Positions 13,600-28,090 are shown, counted from the stretch's first letter. The stretch is 64,000 bases of DNA from the human T2T-CHM13v2.0 reference genome, Homo sapiens (GCF_009914755.1 NC_060929.1); one strand, 5' to 3'. Translations and numbers: made by a program. Notes: generated from the letters alone by a model not told the origin.

Positions 13600-13745
13600 T
13601 GTTTTAATTATTATAACTTTGTGAGTTAGGTCTTATTATTATCACTTTTCAGCTGAGGAAATTGAATCTGAGAGAGATTAAGAAAGACTTGCCTAAAGCC
13701 ATAAGGTGAATAAGTGGCAAGAGCTGAGCTAGAATTCCCAGATAA
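13600..13745 (-). mobile_element. MIR
   Basis: Core TTTTCAGCTGAGGAAATTGAATCTGAGAGAGATTAAGAAAGACTTGCCTAAAGCCA. Confidence 0.7.
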
Positions 13746-13985
13746 ATGTATCTGTAAAGGTTCTTGCTACTGGCATTTAGTCCCAATTGTATCCTGTAAA
13801 CTAAGATATTTTTACAGTTTTCTGTACTCACACTGTTTCTTTAGTTCGCAACCTTTGGACGACATTGACTTCCAATTCTGGGTGCATGTCGTTGGATTAT
13901 ACTAGAAAATCCTTTGTGAAGTGTCTAGTTTTCTAGAGATTTTAGTGTCTGAGAGTTATTATCAGCTATAATTAACCCATATATC

Positions 13986-14076
13986 TTTTTTTTTTTTTTG
14001 AGATGGAGTCTTGCTCTGTTGTCCAGGCTGGAGTGCAGTGGCACGATCTTGGCTCACTGCAAGCGCTGCCTCCTGG
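13986..14076 (-). mobile_element. 5'-truncated AluY-like element (~90 bp)
   Basis: Poly-T plus right-arm end with AluY-type GCAAGC; TSD AATTAACCCA(T/A)ATATC at 13970 and 14077. Confidence 0.9.
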
Positions 14077-14433
14077 AATTAACCCAAATATCTTTTGAAT
14101 AGGTGGTGAAAATGAAAACTCTGTTTGGAGGAACTGATTCTAATTGATTACTTTAAGAAGGTTTTTTTTTTCTTTTTTTTAAATTTAAGATAAGGCAACA
14201 ACCACCAATGTTTACATTTTGTTTTAAAGTATGCATCCAGAGGGAATGATGATTTAAATGTTTATTTGAACTATATTTTTCTTAGATAGCATATTTAAAA
14301 CATGCAAAAGCAATTGTCACCCTCTGTGGCCTGAAGTAGAGTATCTGTCCTTAAGTAATTAAACTTGTGTCACAAAAGCCTCTTGAAAAAGATAACATTG
14401 CTTAGGCAAGCTGAGAGTATAGCCTCAAAAGTG

Positions 14434-14609
14434 CTAGGTTCAAACCACTGTCTGAAGAATTGTTACTCACGAAGCCCTCCTCCTGAGCTGCAAGTAGGAG
14501 ACCAGCATCTTAAAATCACTCCTAAGTCCAAACCACTGTCTGAAGAATTGTTGCTCACGAAGCCCTCCTCCTGAGCTGCAAGTAGGAGACCAGCATCTTA
14601 AAATTACCC
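14434..14609. repeat. 88-bp tandem duplication
   Basis: CAAACCACTGTCTGAAGAATTGTT(A/G)CTCACGAAGCCCTCCTCCTGAGCTGCAAGTAGGAGACCAGCATCTTAAAAT at 14441 and 14529. Confidence 0.95.
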
Positions 14610-15718
14610 AATTGTTTGGACTTTATTCCTCGTTCTCTACCTGCTCGGCTGATTCCTGGAAGCTGAAAGTGATATGTGTTCTGTGTGTGTAGATGCATGA
14701 ATGTGTGTTTTTGGGGCAGGGGTCCTTATGTGTGTTGTACTCATCCCACATCCCTTTAAGGATGTGGAACAATAAGATATACATATGTTAAAATATTTGT
14801 TTTGGGTAAGTGAATCATTTCTTGAAGGAGCACAACCTCCAGTATAATAAAAAGGTTCATGTCTTTGTCTTTTCAGAAGCAAACCTAATTTGGCCCAAAG
14901 TCAGGTTTATAACTGACTAGGGAGCCTGGCACCAATGAGAGCTCTTCCATCCTGGCCCCAGAAAGCTGAGCAGATCCCATGGCCACCTCATGCTCACTGG
15001 TACAAGGAGTACTGGGCATGGGCTTCAGCCATGGGACATAGAACAGTAACCTCCTCTATCACTTTTTAGAAAAGAATACCATGGACCCAGTTTTCCCACG
15101 TTAGAATTAGAATTAAATAATTTCTTTTTATTCGATAACCTATAGAAGGACATGAAGAAAAACGTGAAAGATGAGTTAGAACTATTAATCTACAAAGATT
15201 ATTAGAATATTGTAAATAATATTATATTTAAAATATAAGTTTAAAATATGATTTTTATTCTGATGTCTTCTATGAGATACAAGCAAACTAAATTTAACTA
15301 AGCTAAAAATGTGATTCAGAAATGAACTCACATTTTTTTCGGCCTTACTTGGGAAGGTCCTATTCACAACAAAGCTAACTTTTTCTAAAAAGGTTCATAA
15401 CTAAAGCAACAATGATTAAACCTTCAGAATACATTGAAGTTCTAATTGTAGTAGTGAAATTCGGTGGGACCAATATAGAAGGGAAGGATGAGTTTATCAA
15501 CAGTAATTGTATATATATATCAAAGAGAAATACAAAAATATTTTAGAATCTACTGTGTCTATCACTTATTTGGTAAATAACTTAAACTGCATCTACAGTC
15601 AATTGCATGAAAACATTTTTTATTTTTCTGTTGTCTTTGAATACTCTGTCTGGTTTTGGGATAAGAGGAATCATCACCTACAGGTCATCACCTACAGGTC
15701 ACTGAAAAAGCCTGCTTA

Positions 15719-16234
<516 letters not shown>

Positions 16235-18316
16235 TCAATTCAAATAAGCCTGTAAATCTGCTTCAAATGGACAATGTTATTTTCTGTCAAGTAGCAGGAC
16301 CCACAGTGTTTCTGCCTCTGTCCAAGGAAACAATTTAACTCCAGTAACTTAAAACACAAGATCGTTTTAGCACAACTAAAATAAGTATTTCAAGTATCAC
16401 AATTCAAACTGGGCCATCTTAGAAGTGAACTTGATAACATTTATTTGATTCAAATTATGAAACTAAAGTGATCTACAAAAAGAACAAAACATTTGTTTCA
16501 TGGCCAAAATGCTAATTGTTGATGAAAAACACATTTTTTGACTTTAATAATGCACATTAATGTTATCCGCATGTTGGTTTTTTGCATTATTTCCAGACTG
16601 GGGGAAGTGAAAATATGATCATTCTTATCCAAGACTAGTGACTACTGAAAGACAACGAAGAGTCTGTAACCTGCAGAAACTTGACTAAGTTAACAACTAC
16701 TTCCTGTGTGACTGTGTGATTGTGTGGGATATGTGTGTAAGTATGCATGTATGTGATAACAGGGATTTGGCTGTGCCAGTTTATTGTTTAGTATTCTAGA
16801 GACAAGATCCTTCTGGCTGCTGCTTCATTTGAAGAACTTTAGAAAGAGAATACTACCAAATGCCAATTGCCATTTCCCTTCTTTAAGCTGGCTGAAGTCA
16901 AAAGTGCAGTTGTAAAATATCAAGATGCAGAGATATCAATACTTAGAAATCAACAGTGACTACATTTGAGATCTTCAAACAAATTAAAAGCCAAACTGAA
17001 TTTACAAAATATAAAACTAAAAAGGTATGTTAATAATGCCCCTATGAGTTATGAAGTTATTTCTTCTTCTATTTCCAAAGATAAGAAATGTTTGAAATGA
17101 TAGCTAGCTCCCTTTGTGCAATGTGTCATACAACACAGTAATGAAATGAAAATGGGATGTTATCTGTGGAAATCACCCACAAATTTCCGTTGTGTTATCT
17201 TTTGAAAAATTCAAAGGCAAGCAGGAAGTTCTAGTGTGAAATAAAGATTTGGTCTTTTTGCAAGCTAAGTGTCCAGGAGAAAGTGTATGCTTATTTCCAT
17301 ACACACAGAAATATTTAAGGAACCCATTAACTATTATTGCTGTTCAAGGAGGGGTAAACCAGAATCTAATTTGTAGTATCAAACAAAACATATGGTAGAT
17401 TGGAGAAGATATCTATACATCTAAATCACTTGTGTGGTCATAAATATACAGCCTGAGCTAGTTTAATATTTAATCAAAGGACATAATAATTTAATTTCTG
17501 AGACCATTCTTTACATACATACCAAGGGAATAGGATTAAGTTACCTCTATAGCACCTTTGCAATAACGTTAGTCTCTAAATGTTAAATTCCTTCTTTCCA
17601 AAAATGCTTCATTAAAGTCTTAAATGATAAACAGTTAAATGATAAACAGTTTAGTATTACATTATTATTTTGAGAGAAATAAATTTGAGTTGCCTAAATA
17701 CAACATCCACATTATAGAATGTTAAGTTTTATTATATCTATAGATATTTATGGCAGAATATTTTTATCTTCTATATTAGGAACTCATTTTTGAAATGACT
17801 ACACTGATGCCAAATTCTGCTTCCTGAAATAGAAACAGTATCAAAAGCCCCAAATGGCTTGGGCATAATTAATCTGAATCATATACTGAATAAGTGTAGT
17901 TAATTTGAATTCTCTGTAAAAACACATTTAAATTAGGTATTTAATAGGGCATTTGTATAGACATTTCTCAAGAGAAGTCAATGCACATAGAGTGATGTGT
18001 CTGCATCTGTGTTTTGAGACTTCAAAATGATGTTGTTGATGAAAGTACACATAGCACCCGTCATAACACATATGATTGTGTGTTATTTCCATTGTTTAGT
18101 TTATAATAAGTAATTTGTTGGATTGGTTCTGACAGAACCTACAGAAAGCTAAAAAACAAAATAGTTTGTAACCTCCTAGCTTAACTTTACAGTGCAAAGT
18201 ATGAAAGAGCAGGTTTGGAAAAAGAGACAATAGGTTCAAAGAAAAACAGATCTTCCTATAGGGCAAGTTATTTAGCCTCTGGGAGTCTAATTTTCTCACC
18301 TGTAAAATGTGGTAGG

Positions 18317-18598
18317 GGCCAGGCGTGGTGGCCCACACCTGTAATCCCAGCATTTTGGGAGGCCGAGGCAGGCAGACCACGAAGTCAAAAGATCAAGACC
18401 ATCCTGGCCAACATAGTGAAACCCCATCTCTACTAAAAATACAAAAATTAGTTGGGCATGGTGGCTTGCGCCTATAGTACCATCTACTTGGGAGGCTGAG
18501 GCAGGAGAATCGCTTGAACCTGGTAGCGCCATTGCACTCCAGCCTGGCGACAAAGAGAGACTCCATCTCAAAAAAAAAAAAAAAAAAATGAAATAAAA
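18317..18598 (+). mobile_element. AluSc inserted in a MIR (MIR halves ~18230-18316 and ~18600-18700)
   Basis: AluSc-type AAGATCAAGACCATCCTGGCC and CCTGGCGACA; ~26-bp deletion in the right arm; MIR core GGGCAAGTTATTTAGCCTCT...CTCACCTGTAAAATG upstream. Confidence 0.9.
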
Positions 18599-18896
18599 TT
18601 GTGACAGGACTGTACCTGGAGGGCTGTAGTCAGGATTAAATAGTGAATCTAAAACATTTGCCTAAGACCTGAAACATAGAATATACTCACATGAATGTTA
18701 TGATAAAAATGATGAAGAGGGTAAATAGGAAAGGAGAGAAAAGAGGCGGGTGGTATGGAGTGGCTTTAAGTGGTTAGGGTTCCAGTTGCTAAGGCTGTTA
18801 AAACAATTAACCTGATATTTGACTTCAGGGCTCTTCTTTCCATTTAGTATCTCACTGCAAAAAGGTTTGGGAATTGTTATTTTTAAAAAGTGTATT

Positions 18897-19325
18897 ATTC
18901 ATTCAACAGTATTTTAGCGTCTCATATGTCATAATCACTGACCCTGGCACTGATAATTCCAGTTTCTACCTTCATGGAGCCAGGAGGACACTCTCTCTCT
19001 CTCCCCTCCCCCTCTTTCTCTCTCTTTTTCATTTACTCTCTCTCTCTCTTTTTCATTTTCTCTCTCTCTGTCTCTGTCTTTCTCTCTCTCTCTCTCACAC
19101 ACACAGAGTACAATTACAAGTGTGACAAATGCCAGGAAGGAGAAGCACTTTATGTGAGGAAGGCATAGGACTGAAGATTTTACCTAGTTCTGGAGGTCAG
19201 AAAAGGTTCACCTGAGGCTGAAAGATAGTGTGGGGCTGCTTTGCGAAGAGAGGGGAGAGCAGAGTAACAGCATATGGAAGGCCATATGGAGGGAGAGAGA
19301 AGGGAACATGGGAATACTGCAGAAC
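18897..19325 (-). mobile_element. L2 3' fragment with embedded CT-rich microsatellite (18991-19105)
   Basis: TTCATTCAACAGTATTT start, TCTACCTTCATGGAGC, GGAGGTCAGAAAAGGTTCACCTGAGG. Confidence 0.6.
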
Positions 19326-20469
19326 AGAATAGGTCATGACTATTAAATACATTCCGTTACTGTTTTAAAACTCTATAGTTTAAAAGGAATATAGAAAAAC
19401 TTCCATGTATATTATCTACATTGAATAAAATTTTAAAACCATTGAATATTCAACCAGAGTAGGTAGCCACAAAACATTGTTTTATATTCTCTACGTTTCT
19501 AGTTACTGGAATGTCAGCTATACAAGATATAAATGCACACAGCTTTTTCTCAAACTTCAGAATACGTAGTAAATCCAAGATGAATTATGTCCTTGAAACG
19601 GCTTGAGTTAAATCAATAAAGATAAGCTTCAATTTATATGTTTATATTTTCACAGTTATAGATGTTCATTTCTTGTTATGTACTTGATCCAGATGAAGAG
19701 ATATCAAAAGAAAACTATAGCAATCTATTAATGTCTTACTTTGAGATATGTAATCACTGGAAAATACTTTTAATATATTTTTGATAATATGCCAGTCAAT
19801 AATGGTCAAGATGATTCATAGTGCTGCTAACTAAAGAATAGGCATGCCCATTACTGAGGCATTTAAAACCTATCAAGACTCAATGTGTCTCAACAGTATT
19901 GTGTTAAGCACAGGATGATGAAAAAAAATGAATCTACCACCAGATTGTGAATTCCTGGATTACGCATCTGTTGTTATAATGAGCCAGGGCTTGTCTAACC
20001 TATTCTGCTTTTGGATTATTTATAAAGGAGAGGGATTAAATTATGTGTGCTGTGGTAATTCTACTGAAGTCTTTCAAACGTTTCTCTGCTTATCTCTTTG
20101 TCTAAGTCAGGAGTCTATGCACAGTTTTGATGATTTAGGTTTGAGTAAGGATATGTCTGCCCCCAAGAGATTTTTCAAGTATTGCTGCTTTAAAGTAGCC
20201 AAACATTTATCTTTCTTATTAGATGGCACATTATTAAATGATTATACCATTATATGTCTCACAGTGCAAAGGAAGACCTGTACAAGTAAATATTTCTACT
20301 TTCTTAAAAGGTACTGAGATATTTTGAGTGGGCATGAGGTACAGATTATTAACACACTTTAAAATATACCTGTTCTTACACCTCCTGAAATAGGTTCTCG
20401 GGATCAATTATTTCTGGAGCCCTGCTATGTGAAGTCTGATGTAGCAAAATAACAATAATGGTGATGATG

Positions 20470-21225
20470 ATAAATGTTCGTTGTTATTACATGCAGACTA
20501 CATGTTAAGCAATGTTCTAAGTGCTTTACGGTCCTTACAACTGTCTCATTATCTGTCCCTTTCCAGAGATGAGGACACTGAGGGACAAAGTCCCTTAATA
20601 ATTAAATTCATAATATTCATTCACCCCATTTTGTCCAGAGTTAACTTCTTAAACTACAGTGTTGATTACTTCCCTCCACTAGTTAAAACTCCTGAGCATC
20701 AGCTCATTCACTCCAGGACACAATTCATGATTTGCAGAAAGGAATATAATACATTCCATAATTCAGTCACCCACCAGTATCATGTCTTGTCACATATATC
20801 AGAGTTGTGGAGGGCTAGATAAATGCAGATACTTGGGCTCACCCCAAACAACAAAATCTAGGTCTCAGAGAGATGGACCCAGAGACTAGCAGCATTTTCA
20901 CAGTCTCTTCTGGTTTTGTCTTCTACAGACAGAGCACCACAGTCCTCTATACACACAGTGCAGGGACCTGTGAAATTCAGTGATCATGAATTACTTGTAC
21001 TTCCCCCAAGGCTTCACACCTTTGCACCCATGATTCTTGAAGTTTAGAATGCTTTCTGTCTTGCCTCCTGGCTTTTTCAGTACCCACGTCAGATGTGAAC
21101 TCTTTGGAGAAGTATTTTCTGACTTTAGCAGAGTTCACCACTCATCTCCTGCCTTACCTCTGTTTTGTGTGCATTCGTTATTAAATCTTTACCACAGTGA
21201 GTTATAAATGGGAGAGTAAGTCTCC
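20470..21225. mobile_element. Cluster of old MIR (-), L2 (+) and MER5-like fragments
   Basis: AGATGAGGACACTGAGG (MIR); TTAAAACTCCTGAGCATC (L2); AAATGCAGATACTTGGGCTCACCCC (MER5). Confidence 0.5.
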
Positions 21226-21227
21226 CT

Positions 21228-21630
21228 TGTGGGATCTTTAAGGATTACTCCATTCTGGCTGTGGAAATTACACTTGGAGGGCATATGAAATCAAAGGATT
21301 TATTATCCTCAGAGCTCCTACAGAGGTAGGGCCACCAGGGGAGCATGCCAACCCAAGCAGGTGGGGAGCTGAGAAAAACAGCGAGGACCTATGTGGAAGT
21401 GCCTGTGTTGGGCATCAGGGTAGACTACACAAGCAGAATATATGAGGGGATTTCAGTGGTGCATTTGGTTGCCACTAGGGCCGTAGTCAGGGGAAGGCAA
21501 AAAGGGAACTTGCAACAGAGACCAGCCTTATCGCGCTGATACACTAGGTCGCCTGGGTGGGGTGCTCAATCCCTGTTTGTGGGGATGTTGAGGAATCAGG
21601 AAACATGAAATTTTGAAAATTCATAATATA
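21228..21630 (-). mobile_element. ERVL-type solo LTR (LTR47-like)
   Basis: Reverse strand starts TATATTATGAATTTTCAAAATTTCATGTTTCCTGATTCCTCAACATCCCCACAAACAGG; minus-strand AATAAA near 21300; family from memory. Confidence 0.6.
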
Positions 21631-21652
21631 TAGAGTGTCATTATTTATTGAC

Positions 21653-22256
<604 letters not shown>

Positions 22257-22419
22257 TGACCAGTCTGCACCCTTCACATGTCTTAAATTACTGCTTCTCA
22301 AATTGTCACATACATACAAGTCGTGAAAATTTTGTTAAAAATTCACATCCTGGGGCAGGGTCTGGGAGTACACATTTCTAGCATATTCTTTGAGTGCTAA
22401 GGTAGACATCACTAAATAC

Positions 22420-22602
22420 TCACAATAACCTAATGAAGTATGTAATAAAATTAACCCACATCTTCCAGATGAGGAAACTGAAGCAAAGAGAGATTAAATA
22501 AATAGCCCAAAGTCACAAGTTAATATGTGGCACTGCCAGAACTGAACCTGCATTCTTAGGCTCCAGAGCATGGGCTTTTGACTGCCACTCTACACAGCCT
22601 CT
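22420..22602 (-). mobile_element. MIR
   Basis: CAGATGAGGAAACTGAAGCAAAGAGAGATTAAATAAATAGCCCAAAGTCACA core. Confidence 0.8.
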
Positions 22603-23179
22603 AAGATCAGCAGTCTTGCCTCCCACATGTATATAACTTTGGCTCTTCATGTTCCTAGATTCTGTGGCACTTATCCATATGATTTTGGAAGGTAAGGAAG
22701 TGCTGGCTCTTTTCTCACTGCAAAATAGATTTTTTGAGTTGCCTGGGAATGCAGTTCCTTTTTTCCGAAGGAGTGGTGAGGGGTAGAGGCAAAGACAAAT
22801 GGTTTAGATCAGTGGTTTCAATATTGTCACAACTTAGATTCTTGTTTCATCACATTTTAAATAAAAATATAAAAATACAAATAGGCCTTGTTTCCACCCT
22901 CTTCTGGAAGGGCTACTGATTGCATGATCCACTAACTCTTGGGCCAGACAAAATATTGATTGGTTGAGTCCTCTGAGTTCACATATATCTGTATAAGAAT
23001 AGCTGAATTGTTTCCTTAGATGGATATTATAAATATAAGCAAAAGGGTTAGTTAAAAAGTTACTTGTAGACACATAAACTATATTCAGGATCATTAAACA
23101 GTAATATATGAAAGTAAATATACATTATACAATTATATGGTTCTATCATCTATTCTAATCCTGCCTCAGTAGGGAATTG

Positions 23180-23332
23180 GAGAAACTTCCCTAACTGGGA
23201 CACTTCATAAAAAATACAGATTTCTGGTCCTAAGGCTTTGAACCAAATTACTGGGCAGGGAGCCCAAGAATCTCTGTATTTAAAATGCTGCCCAGGTGAT
23301 TCTGATGATCATCTAAGTTTGACCACCAGTAT
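23180..23332. mobile_element. MER5A-like hAT-Charlie MITE
   Basis: AAAAATACAGATTTCTGG...AGCCCAAGAATCTCTGTATTTAAA...CCCAGGTGATTCTGATG...AAGTTTGACCACCAG. Confidence 0.7.
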
Positions 23333-26300
23333 TAGACCACTTTGGCTTTTGGCAGAAAGATAACCACTTCAATATCTCTCAGCCCTTTAATCAAAGAAGT
23401 GTCTCTAAGGTTATTTCTTCTACCATATCATATATCACCTGTTGGCTGCAGCTGCTGAGGGCTTTGGTGTTTAACCATTTGATGTCCCTTGGGTTCAGGC
23501 ACTTCTGTGTATAAGGATATGATTTAGACACTTGTGAAGTTTATTTGCAGAAGTGCTGTCTGCTCTAAATCAGTCACGGCTATAGTGGGAAGACAAATAA
23601 CTAAAACACCTTTGATCAAATCTCTGAGACATTACTACAAGTGTTAAATACATTTTTGAAGATAGGCCAAGTAGCAAATTAGAAAACAGTTGTTGATTTC
23701 AGAAATATTTTGGAAGTGTCTGGTAACTCAAATTTAGCAGGGACGGTAATTTTACTTATTGAACAAAAGTGAGTCATAAATAATCCTAGGAAATTAAGCA
23801 GCTGGACTAGCATAGGACTTGCATATTTTATGATTTTAAATGATCCCAAAACCAACTCAAAATAAATCTTAACAATTAAAAAAATTTAACAGTGAAACCT
23901 CTCTGTTTCTCTAAGAACTTTGTGATTGCTTATTTTCTGTGATTATCACTTTAGTGAAATGTTTATTACTATGTGAAAAGTATCTCTCATCTGTTATTCA
24001 TATATCTGAGGTCTCCCAATTTCTCATTCAAACTAATATGTTAACTTCTTTTAAACTGAGACCTGCAGGTCCTCCCATAAATATCAGACTATTTTGAAAG
24101 TAACAGAAACTAAGTTTCTAGAAAGCAATTGTCATGATTCCTGGCACAAGCCAGTGTTTGGAGAGTAATTTTGTTCAGGATCATTGACATTTTGATTTCT
24201 AAGAATTTGTTCAAAGAGAAAGTATAGAAAATTAATCTTGAGCCATTCAGACAGCATTAAAGAAGTGAATCTGGAGTAGAGGAGTTGAGGTAGATGTTTA
24301 AAAAGAACTATCACAAAAATACAATGGGAGCTGAGAGTATGATTCCAGGGGATTTAGGGAACTATAAAAGGAAAAAATAACTGATTCCTTTGTCTCTCAT
24401 CGGGACGCAGATAATTTTTTTAAAATGTTATTTTTATAGCCAGAAAACTTCTGTTTTATTATAATGAAGTTTCTCAGATAGTGCTTCAAGGACTTCAAAT
24501 TGTGCAAAACTTGAAAACTCGTGAAAGGGACCTGTATATAACTGAGGATAAGATTATAAATTCCTTGAGAACAGTTATCAGGGCTAATCATTAATATAGT
24601 TCCCTAAGCTTCTAGGATTTTATATGTTGCACTATAAATAGCTATTGAATGAGTAAACAATGTGAATAGACGTATGCTCCTTTGTGCATTTTCTGTGCTA
24701 AGCCTGAGTCATTTTGAAGTAATTTGACATATTTTATATTCCTCGCTTCAGTATTTTGACTGTAAATTTGAGATTGACACTTCTTTTCTTGAGTATAGGC
24801 ATGACTTGTAGAGAGGGAAAGTGAAACCAGCCATCAGGGTACAAGTCACTTTATGATAAACAAAACGGGTACAGAAAAAAACCAACCTACCCACCCCTGC
24901 CTCCCAGATTTTTAACTAATGAACTGTGTCTAAGACACCAATAGTAAGTAACTTTTTGCCAACAGTATGTTGGTTTGATTAAGCTTGCCCTTCTATTTAT
25001 TTTTTATTGTATTTACTTTTACAAAATAGAATTTGATTATTTTAAACTAAGAAAAACAGTGTTATATGTTAATACAATGCACTTTTTTTGTTCTTTTATT
25101 TCTTGTAGTAAAGACAAGAGGATTTGTCTTTTGACATTTAAGTCCAGTAGTAAGAGTTCTTTATCTTTTCCTGTGATCTTGGAAGATTACATGGCTGATG
25201 GCTTTAATTGTGCTTCTACCTTACTTTGTAGTTGGTGCAAAGAAATGGTTTGTGAATTCTGATGGGAAATGAGTTAGGCCAGTAAGTAACTTTGTTTGAA
25301 GATGCACAACATAAACAACTTCAGTAATGCTTAGTTGCTTAGATACAGTACGCCAGAAGAATCAATATATTTGTGTACATAATTAGTTTGGCTTGGTAAG
25401 TATTCAGTTTTTCTGATGAATTTTCGTTTGGCTGTTTTCATAATATGAGCTAGCAGATTGAGTATTTTGTCAACCTAGGAAAAAATAGACAAAAGATGTC
25501 TCTTTAACCTTCAGTAAATGTTTGATATTTAACCTCTGTGCTCTGTATTTAGTAATAGGTTATTACTTTGTGCCTCAAACAGTTTTAATTTGTATATTAT
25601 GTACATGTTTGTATATTTTTTACTGGAGTTGGGAAACGCTAACTCGATTAAAGCTTTGGTTTCTCAATTTGTTGATAACAATGTATAAAACCCTCTATTG
25701 TGCATTCATACTGCTTTAAAAAAGACAAATATTTCAACCTAACATATAGCTAGACGTGGCTCATTAAAGCACATCTTACTCTACATTTTCTTTTTGAATT
25801 TTTTGGCAGAAAAATTTACCAATGCAGAAACTTGGGACATAGTATTATTTTAATTCCTAGAAAGAAAACATTAAATAAATATATTAAAGTCATATAAATA
25901 TATCTTGATTATATATAAAATCATATAGTAAAAGAAATGATTATATTTTGTTAGTCAATCTTTGTGAGATAATTCAAATTTAAATTAATATTCTAAAATT
26001 TTTCAGAGCTTATTTTCCTATTCTTAGAAAATAAAAACACCCCTAAGTAGTAATATTGTTTATGACAGTGTTTTTGCCTTTGTTAGTCATTTTCTGCTTT
26101 TAATTGTCATATTGCTCAATTGGTATTAATTTCTTTTTAAGGAAGAATTGAAAACTCAAGCAGAAAAAAATAACTAAAGAACAAAAGGCCAAATGCTGAA
26201 CGTTGAATTAAGTTGGTGGAAGTGAAAAAATTTTAATATGTAAAAGATGGCATTAAAACTGCTTTTGCACACTGCCTTTGCCAGAGAGAGAAGCCAAAGG

Positions 26301-26663
26301 GGTTTGTTAGGAGTATAAGAAGGAGGTTTAAAAGTATTCAATAGAAATTAAATGAGAGGCACATTAGACAATTTTAAGTAATCTCATGTGGATATGAGCA
26401 AATTAAAGCAATTAAACAATCTGGTGGTGCATAGTGAAAGCCAAGTAGGATCTCCATTTCTTTCTAATGTTTAAAAATAACTTCACATTGAATGGTGGTT
26501 TATGTCCTCCAAGTTTACATTTACACAAATATTAGAGAGTTTCTCACCATCAATGCTCTGGTTGATGCCCTTCCTCCGTATGTTCTCCAGCACTGCCCCT
26601 TATAACTTATCCCCTTCATCCATTCCGCACACCACTTCCAGGTTAATTTTGCCTTTCTGAACA

Positions 26664-27112
26664 TCTGGCAGATTTTATTGGCTGTCTATCTGGTAGCCGT
26701 TACCTCTTTTTCTTTGCTAATACCACAATTGAGTTAGAACTGCAAAACGCCCAATGCAGAGTCTTAAATCATGATTGGTCTCCTGTGACAATGGCAACCT
26801 AGTCTCTCTTGTGACATATGACCTAGTTTTGGCCATAGAGATGTAGTCAAATTTGTGCTGAGTACTTTTGGAATACATTTTTCTCACTGAGAAAGCTGCA
26901 TGAGGAGGAATTTATTGTGTGGATGTATGAGAATATGAAGCCATAGGAAAAATGTCAACATACTGAGGGTGGTTGAGTAGAAAAATGCTAAAAGCTTAAC
27001 ACTTGGAAATGCTTAGTTCTGGACTTCTTAAGAAAATAATAAATACTTTATGGCATAAGCCACTATTAATTGGCTTTTTTGTGATTGGTTGCAAATACAT
27101 TCTATATATACA
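26664..27112 (+). mobile_element. MLT1J-like MaLR LTR
   Basis: Begins T(C)TGGCAGA..TATTGGCTG, contains TGACCTAGTTTTGGCCATAGAGATGTA, AATAAA and AAGCCACTATT near the 3' end, ends ATACA. Confidence 0.65.
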
Positions 27113-27119
27113 TTCTGTC

Positions 27120-27610
27120 TCCCTGTTTAGCATTTATTTTCCCTTCTTCTCATAACAGTAACTTGATATTCCTTTGAAACCATTCCTCCACTGTCTTCAG
27201 CTCACATACAGATGACATATACTTAAGCCAGTCTACACACTCCACGCTCCCCAGCCCTTCATCCAGCCGTAATGATTGCTTCACAGATAAACATATAACT
27301 TAGCTGAGACAAATAAGAATCAGGTCCAGAATGCTAGTTAGAACTTTTGGGGAAGAGATTTTTGTTTTGTTTTCTTTTGGAATTTAATCAAAGAAGACAT
27401 AAGCTGGGAGCTATCACAAGTGAACATTCTATCCACAAGGGAAGCCTAAAAAGAGGAAGGTAGAACTGTGGTAGATACGAGATTCTTATAACAATCTTTG
27501 AGACTGCAGCCTGTGGTACTGTGGAATCTTTTGTAGTTTAGTCGATACCTTTTTAAAAAAGTTAAACTTAAGTCATACTGAATTAAAAGGAATCTATCTT
27601 CCCTCTGGCA
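27120..27610 (+). mobile_element. MLT1K-like MaLR LTR
   Basis: CCCTTCTTCTCATAACAG..., TAATGATTGCTTCACAGATAAACATATAAC..., AAGCTGGGAGCT; diverged. Confidence 0.5.
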
Positions 27611-28090
27611 CTTAATTCGTTTGTCACTTTTCACATATTGAATTAAAGGATAGCTATCTGGGAATATCTCATTTATTTTGCTAATGTGTAAGCTTCCTAG
27701 GTATAAACCTGATATTTCACTCAGCACAATTTTCTGCTTTTATTTAGTAGACACACCATAAATATCTGTGGAATTGATATAAAACTCAAAAATTCTGTAT
27801 ATATTGGGATGACAGCCAATGTGAGATTTTCTAAGAATTTTCTTAGAATCGTAGTGTCATATTCTGAAAGTGCAATTCTCCCTTGTCAAATATCTGTGCT
27901 TCATAACTGCTCAGGGAATTTCATGTACAACTTTCTCCCTTCTTACCTATAATTTATCCTAAATTGTATTTTTTTAATTGAAAAACCTAACAATTTATTC
28001 TATGTTATGACTGGTCTGCAACTTTAAACTGCTCAAATTCTCAGTTTTTCATTTTTGTCATTGTGTATTCTCACTCTCTCTTCTCTCTTT

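Noticed and set aside
19655-19790. Acceptor TTTTCACAG followed by a short frame (VLDPDEEISKENYSNLL)
   Set aside because: No convincing donor, in-frame stops after the acceptor, no recognisable protein
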